Source: Thermoplasmatales archaeon (GTDB lineage: Archaea; Thermoplasmatota; Thermoplasmata; Thermoplasmatales; Thermoplasmataceae). Taken from it: DNA of 64,000 nucleotides. Under the pieces are notes generated by a model. It ran no database searches. It saw nothing but the letters and a program-made list of their open reading frames with translations, and was not told the origin of the DNA. The stretch is taken from NCBI GenBank assembly GCA_027310185.1, contig DAIDBH010000014.1:203706-267705 (forward strand), in the 5' to 3' direction. The first letter of the stretch is position 1, and each line of letters opens with the position of its first letter. The translations under genes were made by a program, and so were the position numbers. This document shows positions 29,967-39,480 of this stretch, piece by piece.

Positions 29967-30254
29967 TCACGATATTTCCTTAAGCTTCTTCTCTGCTGTG
30001 TTCTCGCTATCCAGTCTGTGGTCTATCTTTATGATTGTTTCAACCCTCTTTATGCCCATTGATATTATTTTTTCCTCTCCCTTCTTTATGGCACCGAATA
30101 GTTCGTCCAGGGTATTTCCCTCTATGACACTTGACATGCTCCCAGGAATGACCTTCAGACCGGTTTCTTTAAGGGTGTTTACAGCTGCCTTTACATACTT
30201 TGCTGCAGAGGTTCCTTCCCCAATGGGATAATAAGTTACTTCCAATAGAATCAT
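29967..30254 (-). CDS. MTH1187/YkoF thiamine-binding family protein (DUF77)
   Basis: YPIGEGTS..KYV, GSMSSVIEG, RVETIIKIDHR. Confidence 0.88.
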   Translation of the reverse strand: MILLEVTYYPIGEGTSAAKYVKAAVNTLKETGLKVIPGSMSSVIEGNTLDELFGAIKKGEEKIISMGIKRVETIIKIDHRLDSENTAEKKLKEIS

Positions 30255-30293
30255 GAAACAAAATGTCCGATTAAGACTTAAGGTTTTTCAGAC

Positions 30294-31250
30294 TTATCTG
30301 TAATCCTCTCTTCTTACAATATTGCGGGGTTTTCCAGTCTTCATCCATAATTCTACGTTCTTCACTGCACTCAGGAATGCGTTGATGTCAATCTCTGGTA
30401 TTATTCCGGAATTGTGAGGTGAACCTATGACGTTTGGCAGGTCAAGGAATGGATATTTCATTTCATATTTTCCTGTTGTTATGGGCTCTTCCCACCACAC
30501 GTCAATACCAGCCCTGAATTCTGGATTTTCCCTGAGATGATTATACAGGTTCTCTTCATTGACTATGGCGGCCCTTGCAACATTTACAAGGATTGCGTTT
30601 GCCTTCATTTTTTTGAGCTCCCTGGTGGTTATTAGGTTTCTAGTATACCTGTTTAGTGGAAGGCTTATAAATATAAAGTCTGAACTTTCCAAAACCTGAT
30701 CAAGTGAATCCATAGTGCCTGAAAAATGAACCTTTTCATCCACTGGTTTTCTTGAAATCACCTGCAGTTCCATTCCAATTCCCCTGCACAGCCTTCCGAT
30801 TTCTCTTCCTATGCCACCATATCCAAGTATTCCTGCCATTTTTCCTTCCAGTTTCACGCTGGGTGATCTCTGATCAAATATGCCATTCTTCATCTTCATG
30901 TGATTTGACAGAAGGTTCTTCGATAATGCCATGGCCATGGAGACTGCGTGCTCCGCAACTGGCAATGCGAAAGCACCTGCATTGCTGCATACTGTTATAT
31001 TATCTGGAATCTGGTTGAAATCAAGCAGATCGACACCTGCGGAAAGTGTCTGTATTAGTTTGAGTTTCGGGAGTTTTGAAATGTATGAGTTCATTGTTTT
31101 CAGTTTTGGGATAAAGGAAAGGATGGCTTCAACATCTTTCCAGTCATCATTGTCTTCCTCAAAGATTGCCTGCATTCCGATTGATTCTGCCATTGTTTTT
31201 GCAATGTCCTTCATGTCATCCGGGACCTTTGCCAGTACCAGTAATTTCAT
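30294..31250 (-). CDS. D-isomer-specific 2-hydroxyacid dehydrogenase
   Basis: SAGVD, VAEHA, GILGYGGIG, NVARA, DVWWEEP, SPHNS. Confidence 0.93.
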   Translation of the reverse strand: MKLLVLAKVPDDMKDIAKTMAESIGMQAIFEEDNDDWKDVEAILSFIPKLKTMNSYISKLPKLKLIQTLSAGVDLLDFNQIPDNITVCSNAGAFALPVAEHAVSMAMALSKNLLSNHMKMKNGIFDQRSPSVKLEGKMAGILGYGGIGREIGRLCRGIGMELQVISRKPVDEKVHFSGTMDSLDQVLESSDFIFISLPLNRYTRNLITTRELKKMKANAILVNVARAAIVNEENLYNHLRENPEFRAGIDVWWEEPITTGKYEMKYPFLDLPNVIGSPHNSGIIPEIDINAFLSAVKNVELWMKTGKPRNIVRREDYR

Positions 31251-31505
31251 AATTAGTAATGAGCGTATAGAATATTTAACTTACTGAGAGAGATTGGTTA
31301 AAATGGTTTCTAGATTAAATATCCAGAGACATAGATCATCGAATCATGTTAAATGAAAGACCCCCTTTTGTTATCGGGTATGGTTATTTCAGTTTCCATA
31401 TACGTTCTTCTCCAAAAGAAGTACAGACTGCCAATCTAAATATAACACTAAGTAATATGGTATAAAAAGACAGAAAAATATCTGTATTAAAAGAAGAGTG
31501 CACAA

Positions 31506-32777
31506 ATGAATACGTTTGAAGAGTTAGAATTGAAAAAACCTTTGCTTGAATCATTAAGGAAGATAAATTTTATTGAACCCACAGAAATTCAGGCAATGAC
31601 AATACCGGTTGCCCTGAACGACAAATCCATCATGGTAAAATCCAAAACTGGAAGCGGAAAAACAGCGGCTTATCTAATACCATTGATACAGCTCACTGAA
31701 CCAAAGGGAAAACTGATGAACCTTGTACTGGTTCCAACAAGAGAACTTGCAATCCAGGTTTTTGGAGTGTTTAAATCTCTGGGAGCAGGATGCAAATTGA
31801 AGGGAGCCTTAGTTTATGGTGGAGCATCCATATCAAGACAGGCAGAAGAGATAAGGAACAGGCCTGAATTTATAATCGGTACCCCAGGAAGAATCAAGGA
31901 TATGAGGGACAGAGGATATCTGAACCTGTCCAGCGTCGAAAGAGTTGTCCTTGATGAGGCTGATCTCATGCTGGATATGGGGTTCTATGATGATGTTGAA
32001 GATATAATAAGTTCAACGAAGAAAGACAGGAGAATGTTTCTCTTTTCAGCAACAATGACTGGTGATGTCAAAGGTCTTGCATCAAAATTCATGAAGGAAT
32101 CAGAATACATAAATGGTGAAGATGAGGATATGACACCATCCACAATAAAACACGATTACATTATTTCTGAAAGTCATGATAAGCTGGATTTTCTTGTAAG
32201 ATACATCCAGGATTACAATCCTGAGAAGGCAATTATTTTTTCCAATACAAAACATGGAGCATCATTCCTCAGCGACAAGCTAAGGAGAGAAGGCTTCAAG
32301 GCAGTCCAGATTCATGGAGACCTTTCCCAGAAACAGAGGGAGGATTCCATATCAAAGTTCAGGAGGAGGGAAAGATTTCTTGTGGCAACGGATGTTGCAG
32401 CCAGAGGGGTGGATATTCCGGAAATAACACATATCATAAATTATGATCTGCCAAGGGAGGACAAGATATATATCCACAGGGTTGGAAGAACTGCAAGATT
32501 TGGCAAGGACGGTACTGCAATGAGTATAATACTGCCAGATGAGATGTATCTAATAAACAGGATAAAAAGAACTGCAGGTGTTGAGATCTCGAAACTGCCT
32601 ATGGAAGGACAGGCAGAGGAGGCAAGGCCAAGGAGAGAGCAGAGGAGGAGGCCATCCTATGGGTACGGTGCTCAGAATAATAGGAATAGCGGCAGGAGAT
32701 ATGATTCCAGAAGCAACAAACGACAGGAAACAAGAAGCGGAGGAAATGCATCAAAAAGAAGACCCAGAAGAGACTGA
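31506..32777 (+). CDS. DEAD-box RNA helicase with an Arg/Gly-rich C-terminal tail
   Basis: Q motif, TGSGKT, PTRELA, TPGR, DEAD, SAT, ARGVD, HRVGRTAR. Confidence 0.96.
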   Translation: MNTFEELELKKPLLESLRKINFIEPTEIQAMTIPVALNDKSIMVKSKTGSGKTAAYLIPLIQLTEPKGKLMNLVLVPTRELAIQVFGVFKSLGAGCKLKGALVYGGASISRQAEEIRNRPEFIIGTPGRIKDMRDRGYLNLSSVERVVLDEADLMLDMGFYDDVEDIISSTKKDRRMFLFSATMTGDVKGLASKFMKESEYINGEDEDMTPSTIKHDYIISESHDKLDFLVRYIQDYNPEKAIIFSNTKHGASFLSDKLRREGFKAVQIHGDLSQKQREDSISKFRRRERFLVATDVAARGVDIPEITHIINYDLPREDKIYIHRVGRTARFGKDGTAMSIILPDEMYLINRIKRTAGVEISKLPMEGQAEEARPRREQRRRPSYGYGAQNNRNSGRRYDSRSNKRQETRSGGNASKRRPRRD

Positions 32778-32782
32778 AGTAA

Positions 32783-32964
32783 CCATACAGGACCTGGCTT
32801 GATAAAGGTAACGACTGGCATACCCCAGGTTCCTAGCATATGGAAGGTAATAGGGCGATGGAATTCTCAATTAGAGACCTGCGAGTTACCCATTCATGAA
32901 TCGGACTCTCTGATCGCCCGAGATGAGAGTGTGAGGGATTGTAGTGATCTTCCAATTCTCTCAT
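32783..32964 (+). ncRNA. Candidate structured RNA element 3' of the DEAD-box helicase gene (strand assumed)
   Basis: Three consecutive stem-loops: CCATA/TATGG+AGGA/TCCT+CCTGG/CCAGG; GGGCGAT/ATCGCCC; ATGAGAG/CTCTCAT. Confidence 0.35.
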
Positions 32965-33079
32965 TTTCCTTGAACTAAGAATGTGAGAAAAATTTAAGAT
33001 AAAAATATCTTTTATGTTAAACCGGTTAATCAAATAGTGAAAATTTAAATAATTTTCAGCATTATAAAAGTGATAGGGT

Positions 33080-35047
33080 ATGAATATTGTTTTCTCTAGG
33101 AAAACTATCGCAGTTATTACTGCTGTAATTATGGTTTCAGCAGGAGTAGTTGTCCTTGCTGAAAATTACCGTAATGGAAATGGGCCAGATAATGATCTTA
33201 AGGGAAGAACTGTTTTCATAGGACCATATATAACATTATCCAGCAATGGGAAAACCCTATCAGTTGAAAATAATACTACAATTCAACTTGAGATATATGC
33301 GCCTGTACCCAATGATTACAAAATGAATAGTGTACAGTATTGTAATTTCAAAATGAACTCTTCAAATCTAACAAACAATAGTTTAAGCGATATGGTGTTG
33401 AACCTCACCCTACTTCCTTTTACTCATAACAGCAGTAGATATTTCATGAACGGGAACCTTGTTAACATAATTTCCGGATGGTCATCCGCTATGGACCAAT
33501 ACACGGGAAAAAACAATATTTCATTAACAGTGATGGCCTTGAAAACTGTTGATGAGGATGGCAACATATCAATATACCAGTATTATAATAATCTGCCATT
33601 TAATCCTTTATCCATACATCCATTACTGACAAATGTAGGTTCATTATCTAATGGTACTGAAACCAGCGGTTTAACCGCCAGGAATACTGTTAATAGTCTT
33701 ATAATGGAAAGTAACACAAACCTGACAGGTTACAGGAATGTATGTATTGATCCAGTGGGTTTCAATCTCAGTTTGTCCTTCCCAAAAAAGCCATTCCAGA
33801 CAATCAAAAATACAGACATGAATGACAGTTCAACAAATAAAGTACCTTTGATTGAAAGAATTAATATGAAAAAAAGGAAAGGTGATGATGTTGACTCAAT
33901 AAAGGGAGCGGGTTGTTCAGAACCTTTGAAAACGGGATATTCAGATCTGTATTATACATCAACATCAGACTCGCTGCAGAAGGCAACCAGGGCCCAAGGT
34001 GTGCTTCCTCTTTCTGTTGTTCATATGGGCCGGAATGCAGATATGGGGGATTCATTAGTCGTTTCTGGCTCTGAGTTCACAATGATTAATGATGACCTGA
34101 AAATAAACTCTAATCAAGTTTATGAGAGTTCCTCAGGAGAGGTTACAACTACCATGTCAGGTTCCGCTTCTTATGAGCATATGGCAAACCTGAGTTCAGT
34201 TACTCTACTTAACTCACAGAATGCCTACCCAACACATATCTCAGAGAAACTTGGGGATTCCAATAACATGGCATTGGATAATACTACAGTTATGCTGGGA
34301 ATCTCTGGAGTAACGTTCTGCTATGCACACTATGGTAGATATACATATCACCATGAGGAGGAACTTGAATATGAGTACTGCCCTGATACAGGAGTAATAG
34401 TTAACGAGAAAGTGGTCTGGAATCATGTCCTTTCAACTATTGAAGATGGAGATTATTCAATAGGAAGAGTTGTAAATATTAACACGGCAAACAGTCTTGA
34501 ATTAACTGCAGAACATCTGCCCATACAAGATAGCTGGGTAATGGAACATTATCTCACATATAAACGATCAGGATCATTATCCCTTAATACCTCAGGAGAA
34601 GGCAACGAATATTCAAGTACGACAATTTTCAGCAGTTCACAGAGCTGGTTAAATACTTCCAGTGTGTTTGAGAAAATAGGAAATGCGCTCAGTATATTCT
34701 CTTCTGCTCTTGGGATTGAGCTGACCATCATGTCAGTAGCTGCGGCCTTGAATGGTGGGGATGGTGATCTTACCGAAGGAGCCGTCATACTTGATGCTGC
34801 ATCCATAATAAACAGTTATGTGGGAATGTCAGCAACGCTTATGGGCATGTATTCAACAATTGCCTCTATTTCTGGGTCGGGATATGCGAGTGTTGGCATA
34901 TCGATTACAAATAGTCCCATTGATGGTGGTTCAGGTTATAATGTTGATTATTACGAATCAACCAATCCCATTTCTTATACACTCGGTGGAAATTCCTATA
35001 GTTTCTACGCACCAGAAGATTTTTACAATGTTACTTCTATTATCTAA
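33080..35047 (+). CDS. Secreted/surface protein of unknown function, 655 aa
   Basis: N-terminal RK plus hydrophobic signal; rich in N/S/T with many sequons; C-terminal hydrophobic helical hairpin. Confidence 0.8.
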   Translation: MNIVFSRKTIAVITAVIMVSAGVVVLAENYRNGNGPDNDLKGRTVFIGPYITLSSNGKTLSVENNTTIQLEIYAPVPNDYKMNSVQYCNFKMNSSNLTNNSLSDMVLNLTLLPFTHNSSRYFMNGNLVNIISGWSSAMDQYTGKNNISLTVMALKTVDEDGNISIYQYYNNLPFNPLSIHPLLTNVGSLSNGTETSGLTARNTVNSLIMESNTNLTGYRNVCIDPVGFNLSLSFPKKPFQTIKNTDMNDSSTNKVPLIERINMKKRKGDDVDSIKGAGCSEPLKTGYSDLYYTSTSDSLQKATRAQGVLPLSVVHMGRNADMGDSLVVSGSEFTMINDDLKINSNQVYESSSGEVTTTMSGSASYEHMANLSSVTLLNSQNAYPTHISEKLGDSNNMALDNTTVMLGISGVTFCYAHYGRYTYHHEEELEYEYCPDTGVIVNEKVVWNHVLSTIEDGDYSIGRVVNINTANSLELTAEHLPIQDSWVMEHYLTYKRSGSLSLNTSGEGNEYSSTTIFSSSQSWLNTSSVFEKIGNALSIFSSALGIELTIMSVAAALNGGDGDLTEGAVILDAASIINSYVGMSATLMGMYSTIASISGSGYASVGISITNSPIDGGSGYNVDYYESTNPISYTLGGNSYSFYAPEDFYNVTSII

Positions 35048-35122
35048 CCTTCAGGAATTGGACTGGTTGAATTAAAACACATTATTTCGCCTTTGAGGAG
35101 GAATTTTCATTGATTCAGATAT

Positions 35123-35695
35123 TCAGTCATAAATCCCGGATGGTGGTATCAGCTGGTAATGCCCTGTGATCCTCTTAATTTCTCTTTCTGCTTCCACTAT
35201 TTTAGATACGATGAAGATTAGGCCCATCAGTGCCAAAAGCAATTCAAGTCCCAGGAAAAATCTACCGGGAGGTATCTTTGAAGTAAGGAGGATTAGAGTG
35301 AACATACCTGTCATTATAACTGTCATTGATACTATTTTTCCTCTCTCAAAACCAAAAAGACTCCTTTTATTAAAAAATGAAAGTAAGACATCGTGAGGTT
35401 TATCTTCTATTATTCTGTCTCCTTCCCTTGGTGGGAATAGGGAGTAATGGCCGGTAATCTTCTTGAAAGCTTTCTCATTTTTTGATATCTGTCTCAACAC
35501 ATATAGAAACAGGATGTAATAAAAAATTAGAACAGCATAGAAAAGCGTGTACTCGTGCGCAATCAGTATGGAGATGAAGAGAAGAATGGCATCCACAAAG
35601 ATAGGTATGCTAATGATTATACTCCTATTTCTAAAACCGAACAGAGACCTTCTGTAGAGAAAATCAAGTTCATTTAATTCCCTTCTAACTGTCAA
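35123..35695 (-). CDS. Small 4-TM membrane protein made of two internal repeats
   Basis: RRSLFGF...KKITGHYSLFPP recurs as KRSLFGF...KRITGHYQLIPP; TTG start. Confidence 0.8.
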   Translation of the reverse strand: MTVRRELNELDFLYRRSLFGFRNRSIIISIPIFVDAILLFISILIAHEYTLFYAVLIFYYILFLYVLRQISKNEKAFKKITGHYSLFPPREGDRIIEDKPHDVLLSFFNKRSLFGFERGKIVSMTVIMTGMFTLILLTSKIPPGRFFLGLELLLALMGLIFIVSKIVEAEREIKRITGHYQLIPPSGIYD

Positions 35696-35968
35696 TGTTG
35701 ATCAATCCACGTTATATACCTTAAGTTAAATAAATAGCTTATTTAAAGATTTTCCTGACGCGCTAAAATTTCAATCTGTATTTAAATGAGGGAGCTGGAG
35801 CGATTAAGGACTATAAAATGAGTCGGTATCAATGAAATTGAAATCGTTTTAAAGTTTTATTTATTTTTCTGGGCAGATCATATGGGTAATTATTACCGAT
35901 TATCAGCGACTGATTGCAGTACATATAATGATAGCAATATTTTATCTAATCTCAGGCAATTTACATTT

Positions 35969-37294
35969 ATGGATAGGATTGTTTCAGAAATATGGAATAT
36001 GTCTCAGGGAAAAACAGCTCTTTCAGGTTCTTCAGAAATGGAAGAACTGAAGAAGCGGGTTGCAGATATTGCCTTCACTTCTTATGGTGCCCTTAATGCC
36101 GAACCTGTGAAGATAATGAAGAAGAGTCTTCTTCCGTCTTCAGGGAAGAAGAATGCTACCATTTTCTTCACTGGTGATAAAGCTTCGGTAGATATTGCTA
36201 CAATGATAAATGGTACCACCACCAGATATCTTGATTTTAACGATACATACCTTTCAAAGGAGGCTTTGCACCCATCTGATAACATACCACCGCTCATTGC
36301 AATGGCTGAAAGCGAGGAATTGAATGGAAAGAGCGTACTGGATGCTGCAAGGGTTTCCTATGAAACTGTATGTGCTTTATCTGACGCTGTTTCAATCAGG
36401 GACAGGGGCTGGGATCATGTAACATATATAAGCATCTCATCAGGAGCAGGACTTGCAAAGCTTCTTGAATTAAATGAAGAAAAATTTGCCCATGCCATCA
36501 ATCTTGCCCTGAACAACAATATAAGCATGAGGCAGACAAGAGCAGGTGAACTCAGCATGTGGAAAGGAGCAACTGCAGCTAACGCTTGCAGAAACAGTGT
36601 CTTCGCAGCGAATCTAGCTGAGGAGGGGTTCACAGGGCCAGCACCCATATTTGAAGGTGAGATGGGATTTATAAAACAGGTTTCTGGGAGCCTGAACCTG
36701 GACTTTTCAAGAAGCAGGATCCTTAAGACAATGATAAAGAATTATCCTGTTGAATATCATGCCATGAGTGCGGCAGAAGTGGCATCAAATTTAAGGAAGA
36801 ATATGAAGGGCAAGATAAAGAGGGTTGAGGTTGAAACATTTACAGTTGCCCATACCATTATAATCAAGGATCCAGAGAAATTGAGGCCAAAAACAAGGGA
36901 AACTGCAGATCACAGCATGCCATATATAATAGCACTGACACTGGTAAAGGGCGATCCCACGCCTCACTCCTATGAAAAGGATTTGCTGAATGACAGGGAA
37001 ATTCTTTCTGTTATAGATAAGATGAAGTTCAAGATCACGGAAAAATTTGACAGGATGTATCCTGAGTTCCTGCCTGTCAAGATCAGGGTTGAGACTGATG
37101 AAGGCATATTTGAGGAGGAGATGGATGCACCAAAGGGTCACAACAAGAAACCATATACGTGGGATGACCTGAAACAGAAGGGTACCAGGGTGATGAGTGA
37201 GGATAGTTCATCCTCAGTAATTGAGTTTGCGAGGTCGTTTGAAAAGAGGAGCATGAGGGAATTCATGGAGGTCCTGAGAAATGTCAAGGCTTAG
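35969..37294 (+). CDS. prpD: 2-methylcitrate dehydratase (MmgE/PrpD)
   Basis: RYLDFNDTY, HPSDNI, GWDH, TRAGELSMWKG, ETADHSMPY; ATG at 35969 preferred. Confidence 0.93.
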   Translation: MDRIVSEIWNMSQGKTALSGSSEMEELKKRVADIAFTSYGALNAEPVKIMKKSLLPSSGKKNATIFFTGDKASVDIATMINGTTTRYLDFNDTYLSKEALHPSDNIPPLIAMAESEELNGKSVLDAARVSYETVCALSDAVSIRDRGWDHVTYISISSGAGLAKLLELNEEKFAHAINLALNNNISMRQTRAGELSMWKGATAANACRNSVFAANLAEEGFTGPAPIFEGEMGFIKQVSGSLNLDFSRSRILKTMIKNYPVEYHAMSAAEVASNLRKNMKGKIKRVEVETFTVAHTIIIKDPEKLRPKTRETADHSMPYIIALTLVKGDPTPHSYEKDLLNDREILSVIDKMKFKITEKFDRMYPEFLPVKIRVETDEGIFEEEMDAPKGHNKKPYTWDDLKQKGTRVMSEDSSSSVIEFARSFEKRSMREFMEVLRNVKA

Positions 37295-38180
37295 GGATAA
37301 TATCAATGGTTCTTCCAGAAGTTTCAGGAATATGCTTGGGAAGAATTTCATAACTATCCCTGGTGTATACAGCGGTATTTCAGCCCTCATTGCTGAGAAA
37401 GCTGGCTTCAAATCCATGTACCTCTCAGGTTCAGGAGTGGCGGGAATGATGGGTCTCCCTGACCTCTCGGTAACAACCCTGGATGAGGTTGTAAGGGAAG
37501 CACAGAATATTACATCCATAAGCAAATTGCCTCTGATTGTTGATTGTGATACAGGATTTGGTGAGCCCCTGAATGTTATGAGGACCGTGAGACTCATGGA
37601 GAGGGCGGGGGTAGCGGCAATTCATATTGAGGATCAGGAGTTGCCGAAAAAATGCGGCCATCTCAATGGAAAGAGTATCGTTCCAGTTGATGATTTCATT
37701 GCCAAGCTCCGTGCTGCAAAGGAGGCATCAAAGGATCCAGATTTTTCATTGATTGCAAGGACCGATGCCAGGTCTGTAGGTGGACTTGATGATGCAATAG
37801 AAAGATCCAGGGAATACCTGAAGGCAGGTGCAGACATTATTTTCACTGAGGCCCTTGAAAGTCCGGAAGAATTCAGAGAAATGAGGAAAAAGGTGAATGG
37901 TTATCTCATGGCAAACATGACAGAATTCGGAAAGAGTCCCCTGCTTTCTGTAGAAGAACTGAAGGAGATCGGATATGATATGGTGATTTTCCCACTGACT
38001 GCATTCAGGAGCATCCTGAAACAGACAGAGAATATTTATAGAGAACTTCAAGAACAGGGTACCCAGAGGAATTTTATAGATCAGCTTATGACAAGAAAAC
38101 AGTATTACGAACTTATCGGCTATTCAGAGTATGAGGATGAAGATTACAGCCTGGCTTCCAGGAAGAACATGCAGAAGTAA
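37281..38180 (+). CDS. prpB: 2-methylisocitrate lyase
   Basis: YLSG, DCDTGFG, HIEDQ, KKCGHLNGK, ARTDA, ANMTEFGKSP. Confidence 0.94.
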   Translation: MSRLRDNINGSSRSFRNMLGKNFITIPGVYSGISALIAEKAGFKSMYLSGSGVAGMMGLPDLSVTTLDEVVREAQNITSISKLPLIVDCDTGFGEPLNVMRTVRLMERAGVAAIHIEDQELPKKCGHLNGKSIVPVDDFIAKLRAAKEASKDPDFSLIARTDARSVGGLDDAIERSREYLKAGADIIFTEALESPEEFREMRKKVNGYLMANMTEFGKSPLLSVEELKEIGYDMVIFPLTAFRSILKQTENIYRELQEQGTQRNFIDQLMTRKQYYELIGYSEYEDEDYSLASRKNMQK

Positions 38181-38238
38181 TTAACCCCGGTAATATTTAA
38201 TTAACAAATATTTTTGTGGCATGATTGACTTTTAACTA

Positions 38239-39411
38239 ATGCATACTGAAAAAACAATGACTGGCAGCTGGTTCAGGTCAGAAAAAATAAAGAGCATACT
38301 GCTGGAAACCCGGGCTGGTGAGGTACCGACCAAATTCAGGGAAATCGTTCTTGAAGAAGAGAATAAGGCTGTGCAGAAACAGGTTGATCCAATGGGAAAG
38401 GGCAGAGGTCTTACTGTAGTCAGTAATGGTGAACAGCGGAAATCAGGATACACAACATTTGTCAAATCAAGATTTGAAGGTTTTGACGGCGAAAAAATTG
38501 TTGCACCCGTGGTATCAAGCGCAATGCTCGAGGAATTGAGAATCGCTAGAAGCCCCATCTATGATATTTTCAAAAATAATCCGGAAAAATTGCTTGGTCA
38601 TCCCCAGCTAAACGACAGGATATCATATAATGGCCAGAAGAAGGCAGAACTCGAGGCGAAGGACCTCAAGAAGATCGGGAGAGATAATGGGGTGAGCAAG
38701 GTTTTCGTGAATTCTCCCTCACCTGGTGTTCTCGCACAATTCCTTACTCCTGGAACCTATTACAGGGATTATTATGATTTCATTGAGGACCTTTCAAGGG
38801 AAATGTCAAAGGAGTATGAGGCTATCTTATCAGTAGACGGTGTCCAGTTGCAGATAGATGCACCTGACCTTACCCACGAAAGACATTACAGGAAATCAGA
38901 GGAAACAGAGAGAACTTCAGCCCTAAATGCAAGGATTGATTCCATTAACAGGGCAATTTCAGGGAAGGACCCCGAAAGGATAAGAGTTCATTACTGCTTT
39001 GGAAATTACAGTGCCCCACACATAATTGATCCTCCACTGGAGAATTTTCTTCATGAACTTCTATCCCTCAATTCTAATTTGATTGTGGCTGAACTTGCAA
39101 ATCCAAGGCATGAAGGGGATGCCATGATATTCAAAAGGTATGTCAAGGAATATGGATGGCCAAAGGAAAAGAAGATAGCAGTTGGAGTTATAGATGTGAA
39201 GACTTCCTTCGTGGAAACACCAGAAACTGTTGCTCTTAGACTGGCAAGAATTGCAGAGATAGATGGTATAGGTCCAGAAAGGGTCATGGCAGGAACAGAT
39301 TGCGGTTTTGAGACATTTTCAAGCCTTGATAACGTTTCAGAGGAAGTTGCACTCATGAAGCTGGATGCACTCGCCGAGGGTACTGCACTGTTTGATGAAA
39401 TGTACAGATGA
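38239..39411 (+). CDS. Single-domain cobalamin-independent methionine synthase-like (MetE C-terminal fold) zinc enzyme
   Basis: GSWFRS, VSNGEQRK, LQIDAP, HYCFGN, GVIDVK, TDCGF. Confidence 0.85.
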   Translation: MHTEKTMTGSWFRSEKIKSILLETRAGEVPTKFREIVLEEENKAVQKQVDPMGKGRGLTVVSNGEQRKSGYTTFVKSRFEGFDGEKIVAPVVSSAMLEELRIARSPIYDIFKNNPEKLLGHPQLNDRISYNGQKKAELEAKDLKKIGRDNGVSKVFVNSPSPGVLAQFLTPGTYYRDYYDFIEDLSREMSKEYEAILSVDGVQLQIDAPDLTHERHYRKSEETERTSALNARIDSINRAISGKDPERIRVHYCFGNYSAPHIIDPPLENFLHELLSLNSNLIVAELANPRHEGDAMIFKRYVKEYGWPKEKKIAVGVIDVKTSFVETPETVALRLARIAEIDGIGPERVMAGTDCGFETFSSLDNVSEEVALMKLDALAEGTALFDEMYR

Positions 39412-39480
39412 GAGGCTGAATGAAATGAATTAATCCTGTAATTTATGCGAAGAATACATGTGCGTGGTTGGTAGAATCTT

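Noticed and set aside
32853-32900. GGCGATGGAATTC resembles the start of a fluoride riboswitch
   Set aside because: The TCGCC partner does not follow directly, no downstream CTRATGA-type motif is present, and no crcB-type gene is adjacent
32880-32920. ACCCATTC..GAATCGGAC faintly resembles 5S rRNA loop C
   Set aside because: The remaining 5S helices cannot be built
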